From positions 64,001-128,000 of the forward strand of contig JBGANV010000008.1 of NCBI GenBank assembly GCA_044222185.1: a stretch of DNA of 64,000 bases, read 5' to 3'. Source of the stretch: Planctomycetota bacterium. GTDB lineage: Bacteria > Planctomycetota > GCA-002687715 > CAIWVZ01. The notes under the pieces are model-generated. The model saw only the letters and a list, made by a program, of their open reading frames with translations, had not been told where the DNA came from and did not search any database. How positions within the stretch are numbered: the stretch's first letter is position 1; each line of letters opens with the position of its first letter. Positions 19,370 to 29,415 of the stretch are shown piece by piece. The position numbers were made by a program, and so were the translations under genes.

Positions 19370-20302
19370 TCACTTGAAGATGAGTTTGTCCCAAGCCGGA
19401 TTGGACTTGGGCTTCTTCTTCCCGTTGGCGACGCCGATCAGGTAGTCCGCCATGTTCGTCACGGCCCACTTGAAGGCGTCCGGGGTGAGGCTCTTCGCGT
19501 CCAGGTCGGGCGCCGCGTTCATGAAGTCGATGGCATACGGCACGCCGTCGCGGATGGCGAACTCGACCGTGTTCATGTCGTAGCCGAGCGCCTGGCACAG
19601 CGTCTTCGCCAGGCCGACCATCTTGGTCATGAGCGCTTCGTCGATGTCGAAGTTGGCGCTCGTGTAGCGCTCGTGGTGGGGCTTGCTCGGATCCCACTTG
19701 TGGGGATAGACGTGCTCGCCGCCGATGACGATGCACCGGACGTAGGCCGACCACTCGATGCCTTCCTGGACGATCATCGAGAGCTGTCCGCTTTCATCGA
19801 AGGCGCGGAGGAGGTCGCCCAGGTTCTTCACCTTCGAGACGTTCTTCCAACCGCCGCCGTACGCCGGTTTGATGAACGCCGGAAGTCCCGTGTAGGCGAG
19901 CACGCCCTCCCAGTCCACCAGCGACATGTTGCGCAGGCTCTGGGCGTTGATGTCGGCGATGTATTCCTTGTTCGGGAGCGCCACCGTCTTGGGAATGGGA
20001 ACGCCGAGCTTCTCCGCCAGGCCGGTCCCGAAGAACTTGTCGTCCGCCAGTTTCCAGAACGGGTTGTTGATCACGTGCACGCCGTGCAGCGCCGCGTGTT
20101 TCAGGAACAGCTGGTAGTAGGGCACCTCGTGCGAGATGCGGTCGAGGATGACCGCGTAGTCGGGCACCTCGCCGACCTTCCATCCACCCGTGCGAACGTA
20201 CTCCGCGCTGACCCCGGTCTTCGCCGAGCGGCTGTTGACTTCCGCGATGAACGCCTCCGGGAACGAGTTCTCCCGGCCGACCATGACTCCGATCTTCTTC
20301 AT
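19370..20302 (-). CDS. RimK/glutathione-synthetase-like ATP-grasp ligase
   Basis: VINNPFW..ADDKFF, FIKPAYGGGWKNV, IVQEGI, NTVEFA and IDFMNAAPD motifs. Confidence 0.88.
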   Translation of the reverse strand: MKKIGVMVGRENSFPEAFIAEVNSRSAKTGVSAEYVRTGGWKVGEVPDYAVILDRISHEVPYYQLFLKHAALHGVHVINNPFWKLADDKFFGTGLAEKLGVPIPKTVALPNKEYIADINAQSLRNMSLVDWEGVLAYTGLPAFIKPAYGGGWKNVSKVKNLGDLLRAFDESGQLSMIVQEGIEWSAYVRCIVIGGEHVYPHKWDPSKPHHERYTSANFDIDEALMTKMVGLAKTLCQALGYDMNTVEFAIRDGVPYAIDFMNAAPDLDAKSLTPDAFKWAVTNMADYLIGVANGKKKPKSNPAWDKLIFK

Positions 20303-20508
20303 ATCCACCCCTTGTGTCCGGGGTGGCGTCGGGGCTGGGACCGCGGTCTGCGGGCAGCGCCGAAATCCCCGGCGAAACGTGTCGACGAGCGTAGGCGAAG
20401 CCCTGCCGGGGCTCAACACCGTGGACGGGAAGTCACGGGTCGGATCGGCGGGGTCGGAAACCCGCACGACGCGCTGAACCCTTTGGGCGACGACCGGTGC
20501 TTGGTGAG

Positions 20509-23145
20509 ATGACGACCATGGACCCGCTGGCCCTCCACATCGAAGACCTGCTTACGCACGACGGTTTCGTCCGGAGGCTCGCCCTCCGGCTGATCCGCGA
20601 CGAGGCCGGTGCGGAGGACGTTGTCCAGGACACATGGCTCGAAGCCGTGCGGCGACCGCCGAAAGCGACGGGTTCGGCCCGCGGCTGGTTGGCGAAAGTC
20701 GTCCAGCATCTCGCCGCCAATCGGCACCGTGCCGCGGGGCGGCGCGCACGTAGGGAGTTCATGGCGGCCCGCTCCGAGTCGACGAGCCCAGAGCACGGCC
20801 TCCTCGAACGGGAGGAGACCCGCCGCCAGGTCGTCGCCGCCGTCCTCGACCTGGGCCCGCCGTACTCGACGGTCCTGATCCTGCGGTTTCACCAAGGGCT
20901 CTCCGCGGCCGAGATCGCAATGCGGCAGGCCGTACCCGTCGACACCGTGAAGACGCAGTTGCGGCGCGGTCTCGGAAGGCTGAGGGAGCAACTCGAGCGG
21001 GTCGCCCCCCATGGCGACTGGCGCTTCCTGCTCACACCGCTGGTCGGACTCCCCGCCGTTTCGGGGGTCGGTGCCGGCTCCACCACGACGCTCACCAGCC
21101 TGGGAGTCCTCCTCATGAGTCTGAAGCTTCAGTTCGCGATCCTGCTGGTCGTCGGGGCGATCGCCGGCGCCGCGTGGTGGGCCTGGCTCAAACCGGTTGA
21201 GAACACTCCGGCCGCCCCGCGCATCGATGCTGGCCCGGTCGACGGGCCTTCTGACCTTGCGTCTCGGCCGAGGAAGCCCGCCGAACCCATTCAACCGATC
21301 CCGTTCACCGCATCGGCGGACGGAGGCGCCGCAACGGAGAGCGCGCCGGCTTCGCGAGAGGCACAGGTGCCAGCGAACCGTGAGCTCCGCGGCGTGGTGC
21401 TGGATCGGACCGGGTCGACCGTCGCGGGAGCCCTCGTCATCGCGGGCGACGCGACGCGCGTGCCCTGGCTCGAGGATGACACCGCATTCCTGATTCACGT
21501 GCGGCGGACCGGCGAACCCGCGCCGGACGCGAGCCCGCAACGCGACGTGGTGGTGGTGCGGAGCTCTGCCGCTGGGACGTTCTCGCTCGGCCCGCTCACG
21601 GTGCCGGCGACGTTGACACTCGCGGCCTGGCACCCCGCCCATGGAGTGACGCTCCTCGAGCGCCTACCCATCCCGACTCCTCCACCGGCCAGCGTCACGC
21701 TCCGCTTCGGCGCGGCCGTGAGGCTCGTCGGACGGGTGACGGACGAGTCCGATCATCCGATCAAGGGAGTCCGGGTCGACATCATGCGATCCCGTGACGC
21801 CAACACGTACACCTCCGCTGGCGACACGGTGACGGACGCAGACGGACGGTTCTCGACGGCTCCGATGGCCGGGGTCGCGTTCATGGTCTCCGCATCCGCC
21901 GATGGGTTCGAGCAGGGCCATCAGCGCGTCAAGGACATCGACCCGACGGACCAGGAGCGCATCGTCGATTTCCGTCTCGCTCGCCTCACGCGAGTCCGCG
22001 GCCGGATCCTCTTTCCGAGCGGCGAGCCGGCGCGGCTCGACGCAGAGGCCGCGCGCCTGCTGGGCGAGGCGACGCCATTCGAAACGCGGAGCCAGCGCAA
22101 GCCGCACATCTTCACGTCCGGCGACGACCCGAGCCGGGATCCCAATTTCACGCGCATCGGAAGGGCGGAAGCGACGCTCGTCGACGAAGGGAGCGCCTAC
22201 GAACTCCAATGCGACCGCCGCCCGGTCGGCTACGTCTCGCTCTGGCTTGGTGGAGTGATGATTGCAGTCGCGCATACGACCGAGCCGAAGTTCGCACCCG
22301 ACCTGATCCTGGACCCATCGCGCGCGCCGAACTCTCGGATCCTGGGGGCGCTCTCGATCAAGGCCGTGAGCGATGCCACGAACGCGCCGATCGCCGAATT
22401 CTCGGCGCGGATCGAAGACATCGGCCCCGGCTCGGGCGGCGAAGGTCCCCGTGGATCGAGGACGGTGAGAACGACGACGACGGATGGCACGCTGACGCTG
22501 CAGCCGCTGCCGACGTCGACCCTGCTCGTCACTGTCGTCGCGGCTGGCATGGCACCGACGAATCTGACGATCGCCGTACTGCCGCGCCCGGCGGTGACGG
22601 AGGTCACGGCGCGTCTGCGGCCAGCCACGGGGTCGATCGCGGGGCGTGTCGTCGATGCGGACGGCACTCCCGTGAACGGCGCCAGGCTCGACGTCATCGA
22701 GCATGGCGCCGGTCGCTTCGTTCGATCCACATCGAGCCGGCTGACGACGGACGCGGAGGGCCGCTTCATGGTGAAGGACCTCGCCTGCGGGGCTTGCGTC
22801 GTGACGACATCCGCGGATGGTTTTGCGCTGGCGTCGATCGAGGCCGTGGCCGAACCGACGCCGAAAGAGGTGACGATCCGCCTCGCGAAACCCATCGTCG
22901 TCAAGATCGACCCGAAGGGCTCGTCCGGTCCCCTGTCGTTCCGAATCCTGGACGCCGCCGGGATTCCCCTGCGGGACGACTGGGCGTCGCAGACGGAGAG
23001 CTTCGGGAGCGGGTTCGAGATGCCTCTCGCACCGGGTCGCTACACCGTCGAGGTCGAGTGCCCCAACTTCGAAACGGGTCGCGAGACGTTCACGGCGGCC
23101 GAGGGACTCGTCGTGCCGGTGACGCTGACACCGTCGAAGCGTTGA
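20509..23145 (+). CDS. ECF sigma factor fused to a TM helix and carboxypeptidase-regulatory-like domains
   Basis: Sigma2 AEDVVQDTW and sigma4 TVKTQLRRGLGRLR; TM segment; repeated GRVxD..G.PV.GA and TDADGRF beta-sandwich motifs. Confidence 0.85.
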   Translation: MTTMDPLALHIEDLLTHDGFVRRLALRLIRDEAGAEDVVQDTWLEAVRRPPKATGSARGWLAKVVQHLAANRHRAAGRRARREFMAARSESTSPEHGLLEREETRRQVVAAVLDLGPPYSTVLILRFHQGLSAAEIAMRQAVPVDTVKTQLRRGLGRLREQLERVAPHGDWRFLLTPLVGLPAVSGVGAGSTTTLTSLGVLLMSLKLQFAILLVVGAIAGAAWWAWLKPVENTPAAPRIDAGPVDGPSDLASRPRKPAEPIQPIPFTASADGGAATESAPASREAQVPANRELRGVVLDRTGSTVAGALVIAGDATRVPWLEDDTAFLIHVRRTGEPAPDASPQRDVVVVRSSAAGTFSLGPLTVPATLTLAAWHPAHGVTLLERLPIPTPPPASVTLRFGAAVRLVGRVTDESDHPIKGVRVDIMRSRDANTYTSAGDTVTDADGRFSTAPMAGVAFMVSASADGFEQGHQRVKDIDPTDQERIVDFRLARLTRVRGRILFPSGEPARLDAEAARLLGEATPFETRSQRKPHIFTSGDDPSRDPNFTRIGRAEATLVDEGSAYELQCDRRPVGYVSLWLGGVMIAVAHTTEPKFAPDLILDPSRAPNSRILGALSIKAVSDATNAPIAEFSARIEDIGPGSGGEGPRGSRTVRTTTTDGTLTLQPLPTSTLLVTVVAAGMAPTNLTIAVLPRPAVTEVTARLRPATGSIAGRVVDADGTPVNGARLDVIEHGAGRFVRSTSSRLTTDAEGRFMVKDLACGACVVTTSADGFALASIEAVAEPTPKEVTIRLAKPIVVKIDPKGSSGPLSFRILDAAGIPLRDDWASQTESFGSGFEMPLAPGRYTVEVECPNFETGRETFTAAEGLVVPVTLTPSKR

Positions 23146-23155
23146 CGGAGTCGAC

Positions 23156-24628
23156 TCACTTCGGCAGGTCGACGAGCACGCCGATCACCAGGCCCTCGCG
23201 CCGCAGCAGCTTCACGCCCGGAGGCTCCGGCAGCCGGTCGAGTTCGTCGGCATATTGATTCAGGTGATGGAGCGTGTGCGGCATCCCGTCGATCACGAAC
23301 CGGTCGGTGAGGACGAGTGTCCGCTCGGGTCGCTTCGCGAGCTCGCGCGTGAGGGCCGCGAGGGCGTCGGGCCCGGCGCCGGGGAGTTGCTCCCAGTGGA
23401 GGTCGAGCAGTGCGCAGGCGGCGGGCGCGATCCAGCCCTGCGTCATGAGCCGATAGGGCTTCGGGGTCGAGCGCGTGGCGGCCGCGATCGCCTCGACGCC
23501 ACGCTCCTGCCGAAGCTCCATCGACGACGACACGTGGCCCGCGACGACGGCGAGGGGCAGCACCGCAAGCACGGCCAGGCCCAGGTTGCGTGTCCGCCCC
23601 ACGACCGGCTCGCCGCGCGCGAACACGGCAACGGTTGCGGCGACGCACGCGATCGGCGCCAGTTGCCACTCGGGGTTGTGAGGCTCGAACCACGCGAACA
23701 GTCCCGTGCGAATCACGACGACCGCGGCCGCGGCCCACGCAAAGCGGTAGGGGGCCTCGTCTCCGCGCGCGAGCCAGCCGGCGGCGAGGCCAGCGACGAG
23801 CGCCAGGATCCCGAGCCAGACGTGGGTCTCCGTGAGCGGCCAATGGCGGCCGATCCACGCGATCGAAAGCGCGTTCGCGATGGCGCCGATGGGCGACTCC
23901 CTCCCCTCGAGCGACGGCCACGCGCCATGCACGGCGAAACGACGCACGTAGTCCACGAACGACTCGTGCTGCGTGCGGTCGAGGGCCCAGGCGCCGAAGT
24001 ATCCGAGGATCGTGAGGGCCCCGGCCACCGCGAGCCACGTCGCGATGCGCCGGGCGCGGGTGCCCGCGGGGAAGTTCATCCACGCGAGGACGGCGACGAC
24101 CGGCACGGCGAGCACGTTGTCCTGGCGGAGCAGGAGCGCGAGCACGGTGATCGTCACGAGGCGACGCACGGTGAGCCCTGGCGCCAGTGCGCACGAAAGC
24201 AGAGCGAGCAGTGATGCCAATCCCAGCGGCACCGTCTCGCCGCCGGCGACCTCGATCCAGAACATGCGCGTCGACGCCAGGAGCGCCGCGGCCATCAGCC
24301 CGATCCACCAGCGTCGCCCCGCCAGCAACGTGATCAGCGCCACGCACCACGCACCGCCGGCCGCCGACAGCAGCCTGACGGCCACGTGACCGGGGCGGCT
24401 CACGTGCAGTGCCTCGAGCCCGTAGGTCGCCGCGGCAGCGAGCACGTGGAAGAGCGGGTGGTGCGGGTGAATCTCGCGGAAGTGCTGCGTCTCCGCATCG
24501 TGTCCGTACCAGACGCCGTCCTGGAGGGCGAGCGCGCCGTCGGACGTGGGCGGCAGGAACCACAGACCGAAGGCGAACGCGCATGCCGCTGCGAGCAGCG
24601 CCGCCAACCGCGAAGGTCCCAGGGTCAT
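23156..24628 (-). CDS. Polytopic membrane protein, probable GT-C glycosyltransferase (paralog 2)
   Basis: QDGVWYG, HPHHPLFH, RQDN, WFEPHNPEW and TDRFVIDGMP motifs; about 11 TMs. Confidence 0.65.
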   Translation of the reverse strand: MTLGPSRLAALLAAACAFAFGLWFLPPTSDGALALQDGVWYGHDAETQHFREIHPHHPLFHVLAAAATYGLEALHVSRPGHVAVRLLSAAGGAWCVALITLLAGRRWWIGLMAAALLASTRMFWIEVAGGETVPLGLASLLALLSCALAPGLTVRRLVTITVLALLLRQDNVLAVPVVAVLAWMNFPAGTRARRIATWLAVAGALTILGYFGAWALDRTQHESFVDYVRRFAVHGAWPSLEGRESPIGAIANALSIAWIGRHWPLTETHVWLGILALVAGLAAGWLARGDEAPYRFAWAAAAVVVIRTGLFAWFEPHNPEWQLAPIACVAATVAVFARGEPVVGRTRNLGLAVLAVLPLAVVAGHVSSSMELRQERGVEAIAAATRSTPKPYRLMTQGWIAPAACALLDLHWEQLPGAGPDALAALTRELAKRPERTLVLTDRFVIDGMPHTLHHLNQYADELDRLPEPPGVKLLRREGLVIGVLVDLPK

Positions 24629-26115
24629 CGCGATTCCGCTCCCGCGGCCCCGAACAGGATGGCGTACACGAGACCGTCACGCCGGAAGATCCGCGTGCCC
24701 GGTGCCGCGGCGAACGCCGGGTCGTCGACCGGGAGTCTCGGGAGGTTCTCGACCGTCCACGGCATGCCGTCGATGACGAACCGGTCTGTCATGAACAGCG
24801 TGGGCGCCGCGTTCTGCTGCGCCTTCGCCACGGCGTTCGCGAGCATGGCGCCGTCGAGCGACCCCTCGAGGACGTCTCGCTTGACGTGGAGCATGCTGAA
24901 GCCTGCCGCGAGCGCGTGACCGTGGGCGATGAAGCGCCAGCGCCCGCGGCCCTCGCTGACGACCGATTCCACGGCGGACATCAGGCGTCGCTCCCGAAGC
25001 TGCCACGTCGCCGATCCGTGAAACGTGAGCAGCGTGCCCGCCGCGGCGAGGACGAGGGCTGCACCGGTCGCGCGTGCGGGCAGCGACGTCGCCGGCATCC
25101 CGCGGGAGACGGCGGCGACGGCTGCCAGGATCGACGCGAGCGTGAAGACGTGCCACTCGGGGTTGTGCGCTTCGAACCACACGTAGAACGGCACGCGCAC
25201 GAGCAGGGTGATCGCCAGGCCCACGAGCAGACGGCGCCACGGGTCCGATCCGCGAAAGAGAAATCCCAGCGTGACGGTGGGGATCAAGACGGCGAGGCTC
25301 GACGCGGGGACCATCGCATCCGGGTCCCAGCTCCAGTGCCTGCCGACGGCCGCGATCGTGAGCGCCTCCGCGTGGTGCGACAACGCGGCTCCGAGTGATC
25401 GCATGGAGTCAGGCGCGCTCCAGTTCACCGCGCCGAGCCGAAACAGCCAATCGAACAACCCGGTCTTCGGCAACGTGCCGAGCCACCAGATCGTGACGTA
25501 GGCCGCAGCCGTGACGATTCCCACGCCGAGCGTCCAGACGACGAGTCGGCCGAGAGCGTCGCCCTTCGCCGCGCGCGGCGCGAGCATCACGAGAAGTCCA
25601 GGCAAGAGAAGGATGTTGTCCTGGCGCAAGAGGAGCGCGAGGACGAACGTCACGCCTACGGATTTCCAGCGAGGGCCGTCCTTCGCCGCGAGCGTCAGGC
25701 ACCACAAGGCCGCCGCGCATGCCGGCAGGACGTTCTCGCCGACGGCGGCCTCGACGATGAAGCTCCGCGAGCACGCGAGCACGAGCGCGAGCCCCAGGCC
25801 GATCCACGGGCGCGGCCCCGCGATCCGGAACAGGCCCCAAAGGAGCGCCGCCCCGCCCGCGCCCGCGAGGATGCGGATCGCCACGTGGCCCGGCGCGTCC
25901 ACGTGACCCATGCGCAAGAGCGCCACCAACCCCAACGCCGCCACGTGGAAGAGCGGGTGATGGCCGATGATCGCCTCTTTCGGCTTCGATTCGGCGTTGA
26001 TCCCGTACCAGATCCCATCGTGCATCGAGAACGGCCCATCCGCGTCGAACGGATAGAGCCAGATCGCACCCACCACGGTGATGAGCGCCAGCAGCACCAT
26101 GAGGAGTCGTGGCAT
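24625..26115 (-). CDS. Polytopic membrane protein, probable GT-C glycosyltransferase (paralog 1)
   Basis: HDGIWYG, GHHPLFH, RQDN, WFEAHNPEW and TDRFVIDGMP motifs; ATGA overlap with paralog 2. Confidence 0.65.
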   Translation of the reverse strand: MPRLLMVLLALITVVGAIWLYPFDADGPFSMHDGIWYGINAESKPKEAIIGHHPLFHVAALGLVALLRMGHVDAPGHVAIRILAGAGGAALLWGLFRIAGPRPWIGLGLALVLACSRSFIVEAAVGENVLPACAAALWCLTLAAKDGPRWKSVGVTFVLALLLRQDNILLLPGLLVMLAPRAAKGDALGRLVVWTLGVGIVTAAAYVTIWWLGTLPKTGLFDWLFRLGAVNWSAPDSMRSLGAALSHHAEALTIAAVGRHWSWDPDAMVPASSLAVLIPTVTLGFLFRGSDPWRRLLVGLAITLLVRVPFYVWFEAHNPEWHVFTLASILAAVAAVSRGMPATSLPARATGAALVLAAAGTLLTFHGSATWQLRERRLMSAVESVVSEGRGRWRFIAHGHALAAGFSMLHVKRDVLEGSLDGAMLANAVAKAQQNAAPTLFMTDRFVIDGMPWTVENLPRLPVDDPAFAAAPGTRIFRRDGLVYAILFGAAGAESR

Positions 26116-26195
26116 GCAGGGTCCTTGGCCGGGGATCATATCGACCCTGTCCCACGAGTGCCCGGAGTTCGCGCCGGGACCGGCATTGGCCGCGG

Positions 26196-27740
26196 CTACT
26201 TCGTGTGGTCGCTCCCCACCTCGACGATCGCTTCGGCCGCGGTGTCTGGCACAGGATCGAACGTGAGGACGCGGACGACTTCCCCGCCATGGCGACGGAC
26301 CCGCAACTCGACGGTCGGGAACGGAGTCTCGCACGCCCAGGCGAAAGTTCCGGCGTCCTTCGGAACAACCATGGTCGAGACGGGCGCCGGCCGGCCACGC
26401 GCCAAACGTGAATTGGCGAATCCGCTCCGCGGCACGACCTCGATGACGAGGTCGCACGGCCGCGCGGAATCAGCGGACTCGGCGCCGTCCCGAGTCAAGC
26501 GACCGGACACGCGGAACGGCCGACTGACGTCCACACGAAGATCGCCCAATTGGACAAATCGGCCCGCACGCGCAAGGTCCAGCCGACGGAGGGGCGCGAA
26601 GTCGACCAGTCGATTGCCGGCAAGCTCACGGCCGCCCACGTATCCCTCGGGCTCGACCTGAACGATGACCTCCGCATCGGGCATTTCCGCAAGGGTGAAC
26701 GTGCCGTCTTCGGCCGTGACGGCTCGCTGCAGCTCCGAGTTCCAGTTGTGGGGCGTCACGTTGGATCCGACCGGCGTGGCGACGTACGCGATCACGACAC
26801 CGTTGCCGTAGCCGTGATCGTCCTGGTCGAGCACGCGTCCGCGCACGGTGACGCGTCCACCAAGGACGAGATTGGGCACGACCGACGAGCCACAGCCATC
26901 AACGATCGCCACGTCGATCGGGACGGGGCGTGATAGGGACTGGCACGCGGGATCGTCACCCGTCGAAAGTGCGATCGCACGATAGAGCCCGGGAGCGATA
27001 TCGGAGAGAACGTACTTCCCGGATTCGTCGGTCCGACCGTCATAGTGCACGGATTCCAGGCCGGGGCGGATCGCCTGCAGCCGCACGTCCGCGCCAGCGA
27101 CGGCCCTGCCGGACTGCGTCACGACGAACCCGCTCACCTGGATCGACTTCCAGACCCGGACCACGACGTTCGCCCGCGTTCCGGGCGACGGTACGTCCAC
27201 GCTTGCTGCGAAGTAGCCCTTCGTCGCTGGGCCGCGGGCGCGATCGCTGCACGACTGATCGAAGGGTGCGAGGATGCCTGGAGGAAGCGAGTCCGCGACA
27301 ACGACGACCGCGTACTGCCCCACGGGTACGTCCCGGAATCGGAACCGCCCGACGGGATCCACGGCCAACTTCGGGCCCACGCAGTCGTTCGGCGCGCGGA
27401 TCTGGGACTCGGCGACGAGCTTCACGACTCCGCAGGAGACCGGTACGTCGGCCCCATCGACGACGGATCCTTCTACGATCGACTCCGAGTCATCGGCGCC
27501 CGGGCCGTTCACGACGGCAGTTACGCCGTTGACGAAACCGACCGGGTCCGGCCGCACGGTGTCCGGGCGGCATTGCGCGTAGTCGTGAGACCGCTGCCCG
27601 GCGTCATCATCGACACCGCGCGCAAGCAGCCATCCAAAGAACCCTGCAGCGATCGCGACCACTGCACACGCGAACCACCGCGCCCTGCTTTTTGGAGTCT
27701 TCATGACATTGCCTCGCGCCGACTGCGTGGCCGGAATCAT
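26196..27740 (-). CDS. Membrane-anchored carboxypeptidase-regulatory-like domain protein
   Basis: N-terminal TM; repeats VEGSVVDG, GRFRFRDVPVGQY, TDESGKY.LSDIAPGLY and VRGRVLD. Start may be 27704. Confidence 0.7.
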   Translation of the reverse strand: MIPATQSARGNVMKTPKSRARWFACAVVAIAAGFFGWLLARGVDDDAGQRSHDYAQCRPDTVRPDPVGFVNGVTAVVNGPGADDSESIVEGSVVDGADVPVSCGVVKLVAESQIRAPNDCVGPKLAVDPVGRFRFRDVPVGQYAVVVVADSLPPGILAPFDQSCSDRARGPATKGYFAASVDVPSPGTRANVVVRVWKSIQVSGFVVTQSGRAVAGADVRLQAIRPGLESVHYDGRTDESGKYVLSDIAPGLYRAIALSTGDDPACQSLSRPVPIDVAIVDGCGSSVVPNLVLGGRVTVRGRVLDQDDHGYGNGVVIAYVATPVGSNVTPHNWNSELQRAVTAEDGTFTLAEMPDAEVIVQVEPEGYVGGRELAGNRLVDFAPLRRLDLARAGRFVQLGDLRVDVSRPFRVSGRLTRDGAESADSARPCDLVIEVVPRSGFANSRLARGRPAPVSTMVVPKDAGTFAWACETPFPTVELRVRRHGGEVVRVLTFDPVPDTAAEAIVEVGSDHTK

Positions 27741-27781
27741 CCGACCACGCAGCAGCCTGCGGATCGTTCAGCGCCGTGAAC

Positions 27782-28888
27782 TCAGATCACGATTCCGACC
27801 ACGAAACCGCCGATCGAGAGGATCACCTCCAGGATCTGCCAGCCGCTGACCGGCGGCCCCGATCCGTCGTGTCCGGCGCCTCCTTGCCCCCCGTTCGGCA
27901 GACCGATGCCGCCCGGCCCGCCACGCGCTCCATCGCCGGGGTGGCTTCCGTTGCCGCCATTGCCGCCGGTCCCGCCATCACCGCCGGGGCCGAAATAGGG
28001 CGGGCCGGCGGCCGGGAACTGGTTGCCGCGGCCACCAGCACCACCGATGCCACCATTCCCGCCGAGACCCGTACCCGCGGAGTGGCCACCATGGCCGGCG
28101 TTACCGCCACGACCACCCGCGCTCACGCCGTTGCTGTCGCCGCCCGGACCGCCCGGTCCGCCGAGCCCGCCATTGCCGTTGCCCTGCCCGCTGCCACCGC
28201 AGCCACCGTCGGCACCGGGCCCGCCTGGACTGTTGCCCCAGGTCGAAGCGCTCCCTCCGGCGCCTCCCCATCCACCGTGCCCGCCGTCTCCGTTGCCGCC
28301 GACGTAGACGGATCCACCCCGACCGCCCTTTCCGCCGCGTCCCTGGCCAGGCGTGCCCGGAGGATTGACACCCGATTTCGGGCCGCCCCATCCGCCGTCG
28401 CCACCGCGACCGCCGCCGTTGAATCCAGAGCCGCCGTCTCCGGCATCACCGCCACAGCCCGTTCCTGTCGCGCTGCCGTTGGCGCCGCGACCGCCGTCGC
28501 CACCGCGACCGCCAACTCCGCCAGTGTTGCCGCTGTTGCCTCCGTTGCCGCCGCGCCCACCTGGCCGCTCCGGTCCGTTCAACGCGTCACCACCGCGACC
28601 GCCGTTGCCGCCGCTGCCGATGCCAGCGCCGTTCCCGCCGTGGCCGCCGTTGCCGCCGTTCACTCCGGGGCCGCCATTGCCGCCATTGGGCGGACACCCC
28701 GCGGGAGCGCCGGGTGTTCCAGCCGGCGTGTCCCCGGGAAATCCGTCGTAGCCATTCGGGTGACTCGGCGTCCCCGGCGCTCCGAACGGATACCCCGGCG
28801 GGTAACTCGAGAACGGGCCTTGCGCGTCGAGCATCGACGCGACGAGAAACATGACAAGGACGAACCCGACCACTTTCGAATGAGACAT
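27782..28888 (-). CDS. Secreted Gly-rich (GGxGGxGG) protein with C-terminal hydrophobic anchor
   Basis: GAGGAG RBS; signal peptide; PGRS-like repeats; ends WQILEVILSIGGFVVGIVI. Confidence 0.75.
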   Translation of the reverse strand: MSHSKVVGFVLVMFLVASMLDAQGPFSSYPPGYPFGAPGTPSHPNGYDGFPGDTPAGTPGAPAGCPPNGGNGGPGVNGGNGGHGGNGAGIGSGGNGGRGGDALNGPERPGGRGGNGGNSGNTGGVGGRGGDGGRGANGSATGTGCGGDAGDGGSGFNGGGRGGDGGWGGPKSGVNPPGTPGQGRGGKGGRGGSVYVGGNGDGGHGGWGGAGGSASTWGNSPGGPGADGGCGGSGQGNGNGGLGGPGGPGGDSNGVSAGGRGGNAGHGGHSAGTGLGGNGGIGGAGGRGNQFPAAGPPYFGPGGDGGTGGNGGNGSHPGDGARGGPGGIGLPNGGQGGAGHDGSGPPVSGWQILEVILSIGGFVVGIVI

Positions 28889-29415
28889 CGGAAACGACTC
28901 CTCACATCACGTGCTGCGCATGCAGCCACGACCTTCGCAAACCACTGAATCGATGACGCCACCGACCGACGCCTGCGCGCACGGGAGGACCTCGCGTCCA
29001 GGGTCGCGTGACGTTCGACGCGTGGGTCGTGTTTCCACACGCGCGGAAATTCGAACGCTCGCAACCTGACGCCTGGCGGCTCCGACGTTCGAAGCGCGAC
29101 GGCGCTGATCTGCACCGCGCGCGCGGCGACGGATCCGTCACTGCGCGCAGGAGCTACGCCGACTTGGGGACGAGCGTCGCCCCCGGACAGGTTTTTCTGC
29201 GAATCGTGCGCGAGGGCTTCGGGGCTGGTTTTCCGCTGCCAGCCGCGCATTCGCGGGCGTTCGACGCCCGAACGCGACCCGCGCGACGAACGTCGGCGTC
29301 ACTCCCATCGGAGTCTTGTTCCCGGGTTCATCGCCCTTCCACGCCTCCGCGCTTTCTTGTGCGTGCGCCGGAGTGGCCGGCGCTCGATCTGGACACGGTC
29401 ACACAGGAGAAGATC

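Noticed and set aside
27776-28948. Ala/Thr-rich and Pro-rich plus-strand ORFs
   Set aside because: Antisense shadows of the Gly-rich gene, which has the RBS and signal peptide.
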